Positions 25,267 through 38,860 are shown, counted from the first letter of the stretch. The stretch: DNA of 64,000 bases from Takakia lepidozioides (GCA_030704615.1 CM060732.1:79236001-79300000), one strand, 5' to 3'. The notes: generated by a model from the letters alone, not told the origin. Numbers and translations are program-made.

Positions 25267-25503
25267 TTATAGTGCCTCCGGAATATCAATGATCAACCCG
25301 GCCTGAATTTGGCCCCACCCTATCAAGCGCCAGTGCTTTTCAATTCGTCTGCTGAGGGCCGCTTTCTCCCCTTCGCTGGTGCAAACAGGGGTGGTCAATT
25401 GCAGTTTGACAAGATCATTCTTGACCGCAACCACACGCGCACCAGTCGACATGGAACCAATGTTGAGCATGAGGACTTCAGACTTTCTCAACTTTGAGAC
25501 CCG
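25267..25503 (-). pseudogene. eIF2-gamma: C-terminal fragment of translation initiation factor eIF2 gamma subunit
   Basis: [60 protein letters not shown] is the conserved eIF2-gamma domain III. No upstream exons were recognised in the window. Confidence 0.88.
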
Positions 25504-26199
25504 GGTATTTGCAGGATTGGGTGTCTCAGTTTTTGCGTAACATGGCAGTTTCTACTGTGACCTCCCTACATGGTTTTATCCATATTTGTCCAACAATTCA
25601 ATATTTCATCTAAATTATATGGTGTAGGGTTTCTAACTACAATAGGTATGTGTACCAATTGTTAGATTGCGAAAACAAACATATACAAAAGAGCCATAAA
25701 AGTTGATTACTGTGGACTGCAAATGTTACACATAAAATCTTATGGACTGAAAAAATATCATGTGTACTCATACAATGACACAAAGGAAAACACACTGAGG
25801 GTGCCATTTTTAAATCCAACCCAAATTCACTTTTATGTGGACTAATTATCTTAGGAATTGAGAGCTATGGACTATTTTGCACCTAAAAACAAGTTGATTT
25901 GCTCTAGTCCATAGCATCTTATGTTTTGGATTTTTGAGGTGTCTTCTTTTACTAAAAAGGCATACAAACCTATAATCTAGAGGTGCTAGGTGGTATATGG
26001 ACAAGTGGTTGTAAATTCTAGATTTTGATATCTAAATGTTTTTTCAAATTAAAGATTAAAATATCTAGTAAAGAATGTTTTCAATCTTTGAGGAGGGACT
26101 ATTTACTAAAAAATGTTATATATACTACTTTTTTTTTTAAAATAAACTGAAAGCAATAGATTCAATTTTTTTTTTTTTTCCATGGACTTCCAATGGACT

Positions 26200-26566
26200 T
26201 AACATATGCCGCTTTTGATCCACCCAACCCTGCAACTGCCCACCCTGCTTTGCTTTTTTGTGCCTTTGGTTCGAACTCCAAGCAGTCTACGAAGCAGAAA
26301 TTAGAGAGCTTGTTGCGGATTATGGTTTGGAATATTGGGTTCCTAACATAGCCTGCACCTGCACCTACATCCCCCGTAAGCACTCCTATGGTTGGCTGGT
26401 CATCACCTCCAACTTCACCACAGGAGAATTAATGATGGTCTGACTGGTCATCACCCCAGCCTCACCATCGACATCACGCTCTAGCACTGACCGATGATCA
26501 AATCCGGACCAATCACCTATAAAAACAAGCGTCCACACAAAACTAACGTGGCGCACAGTCAGACAT
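26200..26566 (-). mobile_element. Fragment of the DNMT-Gypsy 5' leader
   Basis: Similar to 40270-40500, 43545-43760 and the reverse complement of 16810-17015. Confidence 0.65.
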
Positions 26567-29500
26567 GCAGGTGAGAAGATGAGCCTCCTCAACACTCACA
26601 AGGGGAAAACCTATCTCCATGTCTCAAATGAGGCTCGACACCTCACTTGGCATGTGAGACCAAATGAAGTCCCAACACACAAAATATAAATATAAATATC
26701 TAAAATGTCCTAGTTAACTAGAAGTAGGTAATTATAGATAACCATGACTAAAACCATGACAGCTGTCGTGCACCTAAGCATCGTGCCACAACATACATCG
26801 CTGTCCACCACACAATCTAAGCACACAATCCTAGAAAGCTATACCACAATCGCCCCCCTAGCTGGTGGTTAGGTCCCTCTACCTCCAGATAGCTACAAGA
26901 TGTAATAGCCACAGCCGTACTAAGTCCTCTATCACCGTCCCTATTGTACTCAAACTCTATAGACCAAGAGGCCGGGTACAAGAGCAACCCCATCGTTAGT
27001 TGCCGTCTTGCAATCTGTGAACTTGAGTCAGGATCTCGTGTGTTGGTCTCCTAGTAGCTTGGCCTTGCATTTCTTGTTAGCCTTCCATGGTTGTATCCAT
27101 TCCCACTATCCAATGCAATGCAGACATAACCAATCCCCATCAGGAACCATCTCAAGAGGTGGAGTCAAGCATCCCATATGCCAACCTCTAGAGCATTGAT
27201 CACACACTAGCATGGTGGCTGCCCCTCTAGCAGACCCACACAACATGCACTCAAACTTGCAGGTACCACTGTCAGGTTTGGGTCAACCCTTCCATCAACA
27301 TTTGGAATATGACATGGCGCGCAATTACGCACATGGTCCTTCCAAATCATGCCATCCCGACCCTCCAAGATCAGGACTCCTGAGGGCAATTCCTCTCGAA
27401 CCCTCAAAATAGTACGTCCTGCAGTCACATCCAAGGTCGTAGGAGCAGTCTGCTGCAGATAAACATAGTCACCAGGGTTGAATCTCCGAACCCCAGGACG
27501 ATAGCCCCCACCACGTATGATAGCATACCTCAACGTATCACGATGTTGTGCAATGGCAAGGTTCTCGAAAGCCATGGGCATGACTTTCTTGAACAACTCT
27601 GCACGCTGCTCACACGCACGTGCCCACACGTCCGGATCGTCAAGATTAAGAATTGTAGCAGCTTCTCTGCGAATGGATGTCGGCAAATCCGGCTCTCGGC
27701 CAAAGAGAAGAAAGTATGGTGAGAAGGAGGCAAGTGATGCTTGTTTGCTGAACCTATAGCCCATGGCTAACCAGGGTAACTGAAGGTCCCAATCTCCTAG
27801 GTGTCCCTTCTGCAAGCCATACTTGCGCAAACCCCTCTTTACTGTCTGAACAACTCTCTCTGCAAGCCATCGGCCTCAGGATGATCCGAGAAAGTGGTGC
27901 GGTGGTCTATCAAGGCCTTGTCACACAAAGCCTGAAACTCCCCCAAGAACTCTCTCCCTTGGTCCGTGAGTACCTCAGCTGGAGCACCGAATCGGCTAAG
28001 CACACAATCCAAGAATGCATACGCAGCTCCCTCACTAGCTTTATCAGGCAATGGAACCAATTCAATCCACTTGGAGAAGTGCTCCACCATCACCAACACG
28101 TACTTGTTGTGGCGCATGGTTAGTGGCAACGGCCCTGCGAAGTCAAGACTCCACCTGTAGCCCAATCCCATGATCGGAAGAGGGTGCAATTGTGGAGTAG
28201 GGGCGTTGAATGAAGCACGCACCCTGTCACACAAATGCACCAACCACAAATTGTTGCACCTCTGTGTGCATACCACGCCACCAATACTGCCCTTGCAGTA
28301 GACTATGAGTGGGTCGCACACCAAAATGCCCCAACTCCTCATGGGCATGCCGCACTAACCGTGCCCGCTGTGTTGGGTGAGGCACAATCCTCACTCGACC
28401 ATCCCCACACTCGGAGCAGGTGTCCCCTCCCACTTGAACCTCTTAGCTCATTGTAGGATCCGATCCCTCTCCTTGGCAGTCACAGTGGCTGCAGTGTCTC
28501 CAGTGCGGAGGTAGTCCAACACAACTGAATCCTCATGTATATCTTTGGCGCCACCTTGCTCATTGCTGGCCTCAGGGTCCTCAGACACTTGATCTACAGT
28601 CATCCCTGTTGCAGGTCCAACCTGGCCTTCCGCTGCCAAGATACACAGAAATGCAGATGCATGCCATCCGGGCGGCACCATCTCTCGTCCGTCTCACCAT
28701 GCCACCGAGCTCCAGTGTCATCCTGCTGGCTCGTGCATGGATTGCGACTCAACCCATCTGCATTGCGATTGACCAAACCCGGTCGATGCACCACTTGAAA
28801 GTCATACTCTTGAAGGATGAGTGCCCACCGTGCAAGCTTCCCCGTAAGCTTGTCTGACTCCATCAACCACTTGAGTGGTTGGTGATCCGTGACAAGGGTG
28901 AAGAGATTGCCGTATAGATAGCACCTGAAGTGTGCCACGGCCCACACTGCAGCTAAGCATTCTCCATCATATGAGCTATACTTAGACTCTGCAACGTTGT
29001 TCGAGCGGCTAGCATAAGCCACTACGAACTCTCTTCCCTCATCATCTACCTGTGTGAGCATCGCTCCAATCTGTATGCAGCTGAAAAGGACGCCCCCTGA
29101 TAGGTCGTCTCAAGATGGGCGCCGAGGTCAACCTCGCCTTGAGCTCTTGACAAGCTTGTTCTTTCTCATCTCCCCACTGCCACTCCTGGTCTACCTTGGT
29201 CAGCTTGGTTAGAGCCTTTGCAATGGCACTAAATCCCTTAACAAACCGTCTATAATAGTTTGCTAACCCCATGAAAGCTCGAACTCGGCTCACATCCGTG
29301 GGGCGTGGAACCTGTGCAATGGACTCTACCTTAGTCTGCTGTACCCCCAATCCTCTAGGATATATCATGTGACACAGATACTCAATCTGGTTGTGGAAAA
29401 ACTTGCACTTTCCCGGATGTAACTTCAATCCGTGCGTCCTCAAGCGCTCAAATACCCCCTGAAGATGTCTCTCATGCTCTTCCACCATAGCACTAAAGAT

Positions 29501-31749
29501 GATGATGTCATCTATGTAGCACCGAGCAAACTCCACCCCTGCTACAATCTTGTTCATGACTCTTTCAAACTCTACCGGAGCGTTCTTAAGCCCAAATGGT
29601 AAGAACCGCCACTGGTATAGGCAATCCTTCCCGTGCTCATTGATCCCCCAGAATGCCGTCTTTTGCTTATCCGCCTCCTTGATCGGCAACTGGTGATATC
29701 CGGATCGTAAATCCAACGTGCTAAAGACCATTGGCATGCCCAATGGCATCAAAGATCTCCTCTGGTGTCGGCATGGCATACCTATCGGACTTGGTCTGAC
29801 GATTTACAGGCCGGTAATCACCGCACAACGTCTCTACGTCCAATTGTCCAAAGACATCCTTCTTGGCTGGCATCACTGTGGCTGAAGCATACTCTCCCCT
29901 AGATAGCTCCACCAAACCAGCCTCCCAAAGGTCCTGAGTTCTCATCTGAATCAAGGACCTCTCCATGTCACTGTATCTATAGGGTCTCCGAAAGATTGGC
30001 GTGTCAGTAGCCAATTCAATGCGAATCTCTTGACCCTTCAGTGCTCCTAAGTCCTTCAAACTGAAGGCAAAGCAGTTCCTGTAAGCCCTCAAGAACCGCC
30101 GTATACGTCGTCTCTCTCCTCCGGTGACTATAGGTCCAACATCAGGCTCCCAATTGTCCTCCGTGACTGCAATCTTGAGTCCAGCAGGCTTAGAGGTAGA
30201 AGACGCGTCCCGTGGTTGCTATGCTGCAACCTCTTGAGCAGTGACCACTGCCTCCTCTGTCAGTGACAATGTCTCATCCTGCCCCATCATCCCATCCTTG
30301 AGGACCTCCTCAATCCGAGAAAAATCCCCAACCTGATCCATCACCCCAGCCTTGGCTGCCAACTCCTTCTAAACCTCCCACGTGTGCCATGGATGCAGCC
30401 TGCACCTCGTGGTCCTCACCTGCTCGCCCCCACTCACTGCCTGTACCGTCTCGGTAGGCAGGGAGACCATGAAGGGAAGTGTACTCCATACTCTATGTTG
30501 CTCAGCCATAGCCAAGCTGATAATCCAGGTCAAGCAATTGAGATCCATTGCTTGCCCCAACACCTGACGACGTGATGCCTGAGAAAGAGATGGCACCGCC
30601 GTGGCACTTGTGGTAAAACCCATCGCCCGCTCACGCTTGTCAGCATTGGGCTCCACTAATTGTTGCAACTGGTACAAGAGGCCAGGTCCACCATCCCGAA
30701 ATGGGATCCTGGGAAGTTGAGCAGTGTAGGTAATGCTGCTCGTGGTTGACCCACCCTGTTGACCACTGCCAAAGGCGAACGGTCATCGTGTCTCACACGT
30801 TGAGACTGCCTCCCTGTGTCCAAAATGCTATCCACTGTGAGGTGTGCTGGCCGCTGCACCCCATCAAATGCACGCTTGAGCAGTGCGGGTGACATCAAGT
30901 TAGTCCACCATAGCCGTGGACGATGAGCCCATGACCCCAATGCAGCTGCATCCAGCAACACTGCTGACCCAAGCCACGACCGGACTTGATGCACACTGGC
31001 CATCACCCTGGCCCGAGAATCACCCATCAGTGGCACATTCTCCAAGATGTATGCTGGAGATACAGCTTGATGAAGCTGCAAATGGCGCAAAATTCGCACC
31101 ATCTCCCAAAACAGACCCGTCCTCGAGTCTTGCAATCCATTGTCATGCCCAGCTGATGAATGCCCTTGGCAGGGCCAACCTGCCACTACCAGATCAATGG
31201 AGCCAACCCTCTCCAAATCCTGCGCCCCCAGCAATGAAATGTCTGCTGGCAAGGCTTGTTGGTATCCACGAACTGCAGACACTGGCAACAAATCAGGGTA
31301 CTGCTGTACCAACTGAACAACATGGCGCAGTGAGACGCGTCGTGCAGTCTCATCCATCTCCACATATAGGTAACATCGAACTCGTACACCTGCCTGCAGT
31401 ATTGCAGCCAATCCAATGCTGATCCCGCCAAACAAGTCGAGAAGGCATATGCCTTCATCCGGGCACTGCCACACAAGAGGTGTGGTGTCCAATGGCGACA
31501 ACTGAGGTGGTCCTGGTGCAATCACCGCACTCTCCTCTTCTCCTGACGGTACGAAGGCCTTTACCCAGACTTGTTGTACCCGTCCATCAGTAGCCTGCTG
31601 CAAATCCTTGCTCGTACCCCATAATGGAGTGTGAGCAACCATGGCAGGCAACTCTGCCGTACCATGCATGTCATCCTGCTCTGCTGGAGGTGGCACATCC
31701 TCTGCATGGGCATTGCCTTTGAGCAACTCTCTAGGCCAACTAACTGCAG
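26567..31749 (-). mobile_element. DNMT-Gypsy 3' portion: DNMT-RT-RH-INT-PHD-PPT-A3-gc-B3(truncated)
   Basis: DNMT ORF 30656-31759. [24 protein letters not shown] (29042-29779). RH 28600-29061. INT 27207-28348. PHD about 27110-27250. PPT 26853-26860. A3 26764-26848. Confidence 0.92.
30540..31453 (-). pseudogene. DNMT3-like C5 cytosine methyltransferase domain within pol (copy 1)
   Basis: Motif I LDLFGGI, II YVEMD, IV AGWPCQ, VI ILENV, VIII AHRPRLWWTNL in one ORF. Motif IX RERAMGF and X RRQVLGQAMD follow after a frameshift near 30700. Confidence 0.92.
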
Positions 31750-32273
31750 AGATGGCCATTGGACTACAACCAGATCATCCTGTAGATGGCTCAGTGATGC
31801 GAGCCACGGCCATTGTGACAGACGCGGTCTCTAACGATGTCCTTGTTGGTGGGGCAGTGTCATATCCCATGGGCTTCACCCTGGACTTTTGGAAGGAGTC
31901 AACATCCTACAGGCCTGGATGGCAGTCAGGGGATGATCGTCGTGCACAGCTCTCTGTGACATTCATTGGGGGTATTGCGGCTGCCCAGCGGGGCAAGATG
32001 CCAACACTAGCTGCCTTTACTAAATCATGAGGAAGATGCTTGCCACAAACCAAGCTCTCTTTCTCACTTAGACTCCAAAAACCCCGCCACTCAACTCAAT
32101 GGCAAACAACCAAGCCTTGCTGGTTTCCAGCCCTTGTGAGCACTTATTCATGCGCTCTCCTTGGCCATAGCACGTGTCTTAGAGCCTATTCCAGCCCCCT
32201 ACACCTGCCGCTTCAAGAGCCATGCTCTATCTAGGCTTGTAGTTGAAACTCCAACTCAAAACACGCTCTACAA

Positions 32274-32720
32274 GTGCCGGACTGTCACATAAGAGCAGAT
32301 CAGCCCATTACCTTCCCTTCTAGCTCTCCAAAGCTTAAAGATGGAGGCCTAACTAGGCTGAATGCATGCTCCACACATGCACTACTCCCACATAAGAGAA
32401 ATCAGCTCTTTTGCTTCCTTACTTGCACCCACAAATCTGAAAATACAAGCTTCAGCGGGCTGAAAGCATGCTCCACACATGCCCTACAGGGAAACCAGCC
32501 CCTTCCTTCTTTTCTTGCACTCCCAAACCTAAAAGTACAAGCCTTCAATGGGCTGAAAGCATGCTCCACACATGCATTGCCCTCACACAAGAGAAATCAG
32601 CCCTTCCCTCTTCCTTGCTTGCCCTCCAAGCTTGAAGATGGAAGCTTCAATGGGCTGCATGCATGCTCCACACATGCAACCCCTTCACACAAGAGGTATC
32701 AGCCCCCTATCTTGGCTCCT
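32274..32720. repeat. Tandem repeat (about 90-100 bp, 4-5 copies) in the subfamily-2 leader
   Basis: Recurrent GCATGCTCCACACATGC and AAGAGAAATCAGCCCC. Confidence 0.8.
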
Positions 32721-33401
32721 TGGCTCCTTGATGCTCTCTAAAACAAGACTAAGCAATCTATAGCCTTTGCCAAGCTCCTGAAACCCTAAGGCTTATATTT
32801 CTAGCCACAAGACACTCCTCTTGTGGTGCAAGAGCTCTTCTAAGCTCTGAAACCCTAGGTGCACATTCCATGGCCTTGCCGCACCTCTTCACTTCTGTTT
32901 TAGCCCTGCTCTTGCCATGGCAAGAGCCCTCTCAATGCTGAAGCTCGAGATTGAAACCCAATCTCAACATACTCCACCAAGTACACTGATTTGCCCCAAA
33001 GCCAAATCAGCCCTCTCGCTTGATCTTTTACTCTTCCACACCATGGAAGCTCGTATTCCCAAGGCCAGTTCTCAGATTCGCCGCCAGAGCCACTATAACC
33101 TGCTCTTGACTGATCCTCTTCCCAATCGTGCTTGCTTATGCATGTACACAATCTGAAACCATCAAGGTGCTCTGGAATTACCTGCAGCATGGTGCTTTCA
33201 TCTCTGAAGCTGAAGATCGAATGCCAAGGTCTACCACCACGTAACCCACATCGCCTCCGTTCCTAACAACCAAGAGCTCCATGATGCTCATTGCATAACA
33301 ACCTGGTTTCTCTCATTCTCAAGCAAAAACCACAAGTGCTACAACTAACTCATATCTGGCACTCACAGATACGAGCTCATCTTTCTCGAGTGACAAACCC
33401 G

Positions 33402-33728
33402 TGATAAACAAGAAGAATACAAGCACAAGGTCATGCGAACTCACAAAGCTGAAGCATAAACTCATGTATATATAAACTCATCATTCAAATACAAGTCAAG
33501 CCAAGTGCACCCCACGCCATGGGGAATCCACACTATGGCGCCATAGCTAGACGCGGTGAGGCTCAACTCGAGAAAGATGAGCCTCCCGCGCTTGCCGTGA
33601 AGATAACCACTCCGGGGCCTAAATCTGCCTTGACCCCTGGATTGGCACTTGGGCCAATTCCAAATGTCAACATGTAAAAGCTAGCTATTTCTTAGCTAGT
33701 TTCACACTAGTGGTGAAATAACTTGACA
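33402..33728 (-). repeat. Terminal repeat B (subfamily 2), left end, followed by leader down to about 32030
   Basis: Reverse complement of 23444-23770. No A repeat upstream. Confidence 0.88.
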
Positions 33729-34916
33729 GTTCTTTTCTCCAGCCCCAACCTTCATTAGGTTGGTGGCCCTTTTTCTCCCGGAGTTTTGCCACGGGGTAGT
33801 ATCCCCTTAATAAGCTTTACGGCTTGTATCTTCACTTGTTATTTTATCCTGTCCATTTTAATCTATTTCCAGGGCCACCGTCCCCAGCCTGTTAAAAATA
33901 AAATATAAAAAATCAGATAATTAAATACATAAGAATCTGCCAAAACTTTGTTGCCAAGACCTGAGTAGTCATATTTCTCTAAAACATTATGGTATAAATT
34001 ATTTGGAACATTTGAAAAGAAGACCAAGTATATACAGTGACGAGTCCATAAACAACCATTAAACGACACCATCCCTCCGAGCTGGGAGCTCCTTTAGTGC
34101 TCATCACTCCCCTATAGAGGGCGAAGAGTCCGAAGTGAATTAGAGGCACCGCCGCTCTCTTAAGAAGACTAGATCTAGAATGCAACTTTCCTTTTAGACT
34201 TACAAGAGGAAGTGCGGTAGCTACTTAGTCAAGTGTTGGTTTCTTTATTTCTACCAGTTGTCTTCTGGCTTCTGTTTTCTTCTTCTGTTGGCTTTGGTGT
34301 TGGACTGGTATCAAGTTTTTTACATATTAGTCTGGTCCTAGTACTTAGGGGAAGGCCATGCCCGAAAATCCAAGAACCCCCGACCCGAGAGGCCTTCCCC
34401 TACATAAAGCACGTGGAAGATTTCTTTCCGCCTTCCGGATCTTTTCGACCAGGGGTTGGCGCTCATTCTATACTCAGTGCCCGCTTTTCTATGTGTTATT
34501 TCCGCTTTTGTTGCGTATCAGGCGTCAAAGCTTTTGTCGCGATTGAGTCTCCCAGGGCTTAAAGTGGAGAAGATGAGGATGATGTTGCTGATGTTGCGGC
34601 TGATTCAATTCCGTAGGATTCATTATCTGATTTGGAATTTGATGATTCTGCTATTGTGAGTTCTCCTTAGGTTTTTAATATTGAAGATAGGGTACTAGAG
34701 TTGGATTCTAATGCGCCGGCTTGTTCCTCCAATTGAGATTCCGGAGGAGTTACACATGTGGTTCTTGTGGCCCATATCACGCACATTTTTTTGTACGAGG
34801 TTGATGATGGCATTGCTGATAATTTGGTGAACCTGATGAGAATAAATCTCCTGTTGTTCTAGTTTCAAAAGTTGCACTTCCAAATACCTCCCTCTCCACA
34901 GGTTCTTTGAAATCTT

Positions 34917-35456
34917 TGTCGTGCGCATACATATCGCTACACAACTACATCGCTGTCCAAAACCACACAACACATGCACACCAAACACTAGTCTATCACT
35001 AGTGCACCACTAGTCCACCACTAGGCTGCCACTAGTCCATCACAATATATAAGGAAATGAAGATGATACAAGCACACAAGTTCTCTCAAACTCGCATACT
35101 TGCACATGAAAACATCACTCATATATTAAGTCGAGCCAAGTGCACCCACGCCATGGGGAATCCACACTACGGCGCCATAGCTAGACGCGGTGAGGCTCAA
35201 CTCGAGAAAGATGAGCCCACCGCAATCTGTCGTGACGATAACAATGCCAGGTGCCCAAACATGTATTGGCTTCTGGATTGACACTTGGGTCAATCCCAAA
35301 TATCAATATATAAAAGCTAGCTATTTCCTAGCTAACTTCACACTAATGGTAAAATAACTTGACAGCTGTCGTGCGCATACATATCGCTACACAACTACAT
35401 CGCTGTCCAAAACCACACAACACATGTGCACACCAAACACTAGTCTATCACTAGTC
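34917..35456 (-). repeat. Right terminus A(partial)-gc-B-t-A of another DNMT-Gypsy-family copy
   Basis: A 34917-35044, B about 35046-35364, junction GACAGCTGTC at 35361-35370, partial A 35367-35456. Confidence 0.85.
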
Positions 35457-35744
35457 CTGCTCTTGACTGATCCTCTTCCCAATCGTGCTTGCTTATGCAT
35501 GTACACAATCTGAAATCAAGGTGCTCTGGAATTACCTGCAGTATGGTGCTTTCATTTCTGAAGCTGAAGATCGAATGCCAAGGTCTACCTCCTCGTAACC
35601 CACATCGCCTCCGCTCCTAACAATCAAGAGCTCCACGGTGCTCATTGCATAACAACTTGGTTTCTCTAATTCTCAAGCGAAATCCAGAAGTGCTACAACT
35701 AACTCGTTTCTGGCACTCACACATACGAGCTCATCTTTCTTGAG

Positions 35745-36071
35745 TGATAAACAAGAAGAATACAAGAACAAGCTCATGCGAGCTCACAAAGCTGAAGCAT
35801 AAATTCATGCATATATAAACTCATCACTCAAATATAAGTCAAGCCAAGTGCACCCCACGCCATGGGGAATCCACACTACGGCGCCATAGCTAAGCGCGGT
35901 GACGCTCAACTCGAAAAAGATGAGCCTCCCGCGCTTGCCGTGAAGATAACCACTCCCGGGCCTAAATCTGCCTTGACCCCTGGATTGGCACTTGGGCCAA
36001 TCCCAAATGTCAACATATAAAAGCTAGCTATTTTCTAGCTAGTTTCACACTAGTGGTGAAATAACTTGACA
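35745..36071 (-). repeat. Terminal repeat B (subfamily 2), duplicated copy
   Basis: Matches 33402-33728. Confidence 0.88.
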
Positions 36072-37355
36072 GTTCTTTTCTCCAGCCCCAACCTTCCTTA
36101 GGTTGGTGGCCCTTTTTCTCCCGGAGTTTTGCTACGGGGTAGTATCCCCTTAATAAGCTTTACGGCTTGTATCTCACCTGTTATTTTATCCCGTCCATTT
36201 TAATCTATTTCCAGGGCCACTGTCCCAGCCTGTTAAAAATAAAATATAAAAATCAGATAATTAAATACATAAGAATCTGCCAAAACTTTGTTGCCAAGAC
36301 CTGAGTAGTCATATTTCTCTAAAGCATTATGGTATAGATTATTTGGAACATTTTAAAGGAAGACCAAGTATATGCAGTGATGAGTCCATAAACAACCATT
36401 AAACGACACCGTCCCTCCGAGCTGGGAGCTCCTTTAGTGCTCGTCACTCCCCTATAGAGGGCGAAGAGTCCGAGAAGTGAATTGAAGGCACCGCCGCTCT
36501 CTTAGGAAAACTAGATCTAGAACGCAACTTTCCTTTCAGACTTACAAGAGGAAGCGTGGTAGCTACTTAGTCAAGTGCTGGTTTCTTTCTTTCTACCAGC
36601 TGTCTTCTGGCTTCCGTTTTCTTCTTCTCTTGGCTTTGGTGTTGGACTTGTATCAAGTTTTTTACATATTAGTCTGGTCCTAGTACTTAGGGGAAGGCCA
36701 TGCCCAAAAATCCAAGAACCCCCGACCCGAGAGGCCTTCCCCTGCATAAAGCACGTGGAAGATTTCTTTCCGCCTTCCGGATCTTTTCGACCAGGGATTG
36801 GCGCTTCTTTTCATTCTATACGCAGTGCCCGCTTTTCTATGTATTATTTCCGCTTTTGTTGCGTATCAGGCATCAAAGCTTTTGTCACGATTGTGATGTT
36901 GTGGCTGATTCCATTCCGTAAGGTTCATTATCTGATTTGGAATTTGATGATTCCGCTATTGTGAGTTCTCCTTAGGTTTTCAATATTGAAGATATGGTAC
37001 TAGAGTTGGATTCTAATGCGCCGGCTTGTTCCTCCAATTGAGATTCCGGAGGAGTGATTTCTAGTGACTATTACAGCAGGTAAGATGCCAGCGAACCTGA
37101 CGGTAGGCTACATGTGGTTCTTGTGGCCCATATCACGCACACTTTTTGTACGAGGTTGATGATGGCGTCGCTGATAAATTTGGTGAACCTGAAGAGAATA
37201 AATCTCCTGCTGTTCTAGTTTCAGAAGTTGCACTTCCAAATACCTCCCTCTCCACAGGTTCTTTGAAATCTTCAACAGAGAGTAACGTTGATGACGAAAG
37301 TTTTGTTGAAACAGATGCTCTTTGACGTCGTTTCGCACCTCATTCTAAGGATGAA

Positions 37356-37645
37356 ATGCTGATTGTAAATGAAAGAGGATGCCGTAAAAGTAAACATGGC
37401 GAGAATTGGTCGCGGAATGACTTCGAATGGAGCGTGGAGCAGAAGATTGATACCTCATTGTCCATTGAGGAACTCTCTGAACAGGAGGACCTTAGATACA
37501 TCGTTGATCTTTTGGCTTGCTTTATACTTGATGCCAAGAAGCGTGATGGCTCACTATATCCTCTTGGGAGTATTAATTCATTCTTACACGGTGTAGGCAG
37601 AATAATTTGTGCTCACTACAATAAGTGTGCCGTTGAATCCAGCAA
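37356..37645 (+). pseudogene. Truncated copy of the DUF3504/Crypton-like recombinase N-terminal part
   Basis: Near-identical to 41470-41765. Confidence 0.6.
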
Positions 37646-37916
37646 GAAGAACCTATCAAGAGTATGGGCAGAGTGGCCAAAATGGGGTCCTGAAGACACT
37701 CTTCTTGTTGATGACACACCAAGAAAGACATCAAACAATCCTCCATTTAGTGGGATATATCCGGAGCCATGGAAAATGCGATCATCAGGGCCAAAAGATG
37801 GCTATCTACTCGATGTGTTGTGGCCGTTCTTGGAGAGGGCAAGCAAGACTCATAGTATTCCACAGTTTCTGAAGTCTGAGCCTCTCTTTGGACAACAGCC
37901 CTACAATTCTCTGTAA
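37645..37916 (+). pseudogene. FCP1/NIF-like HAD phosphatase C-terminal fragment
   Basis: KNLSRVW...WGPEDTLLVDDTPRK..NNP....YP resembles the K-DL..VW / NTLLVDDSP.K...NP motifs. The DxDxT motif is not present. Confidence 0.6.
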
Positions 37917-38596
37917 TCGTCAGAAGGTACAACAATGTAATGTAAGTCTGGTCCACATTTGGAATTCTTGGGTTGCTTGTGAATTGCATGAGCAGTGGGA
38001 TTCTCTTGAGTGAACTATGTAACTAGTGTATTTCAGGTCGTAATGCCACTGAAGAAATTGTCATGGTTTGTGATATAGGGACCTATGATGAAGCGGCTCC
38101 ATGTTGTCAACAAGTCAGCAGAGGAGCTGGAAAGTAGCCATCTCAAGCAGTTCTCGCAGCCGCCTGAAAGTCAGCTTGGTGTAAGTCCATGACCTTCTTT
38201 TCCAATTTTGTTTATGTGGCCACTGGAGTGTAGACTATCGTCCTTCACGTTTGCTGGATCCTTGTGGTCATAGACTCCGCATCCAGTGGGAGACCATTGT
38301 GAGGGATTTACTTCAGTTTATTGCCAAGGGTAGGTACAGAAAGTACTCAAAAGACCTTGTGTTAAAGAGAACGAAATTGAAATGTGTGTGTGTGTATGTA
38401 TGTTGTTTGCTGCAACTTGTTGGCTGTAGACCTTCCTGCCTACCCTTCCTCCCTCCCCTCCCTCCATCATCCCTATTAATAGTTGCAGCCCCCCTCCCGG
38501 TACTTAAGTACTATAATGCTTGGACCTCCGTAGTCTAGCGTGCATGGTATTTTCACTCATTGTTTTTGCTGGTGGGTGCTGGGATGACAGTTTAAG

Positions 38597-38860
38597 GTGG
38601 GAGACCAAGTTCGGCTCCTTAACGTGATGTCCAAACGGACAAAGGTTGGATCAGGGATTATATGTTCTCTGCAAGGCTGCAAGGTAAGTGAGGGCTACCC
38701 TGATGTGCTAGCTGAGTATGCGGCTATATACATCAAAGAGACATACATCACTAATGCTCCTTTACCATATCTCAACGATGTTAAGAAACATACTGTGTTG
38801 GGGGATGTGGTAGGAAGCACCACACTTTGGAGTTTGAAGCTACTGAGACATGAGGTTTAG
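38597..38860 (+). pseudogene. CACTA (En/Spm) TnpA-like C-terminal exon
   Basis: G..V.L...VGSGII...LPY...VLGDVVGS..LW pattern typical of CACTA ORF2 C-termini. Preceded by an AG acceptor-like site and upstream of a CACTA end. Confidence 0.55.

Larger units (their letters stand above)
33099..37272. repeat. Direct duplication: 33099-34916 repeated at 35456-37272
   Basis: Colinear leader, B2 and flank including the same B2/flank junction GACA|GTTC; near-identical ORFs 34233-34562 and 36575-36964. Confidence 0.88.

Noticed and set aside
30540-31453. Bacterial restriction-modification methylase or host DNMT gene
   Set aside because: It is intronless, embedded at the same pol position in two copies, and has DNMT3-type motifs with no partner nuclease.
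34917-36071. A complete miniature non-autonomous element
   Set aside because: No TSD, and 35456-36071 is part of a larger duplication of 33099-34916, so the two ends have different origins.
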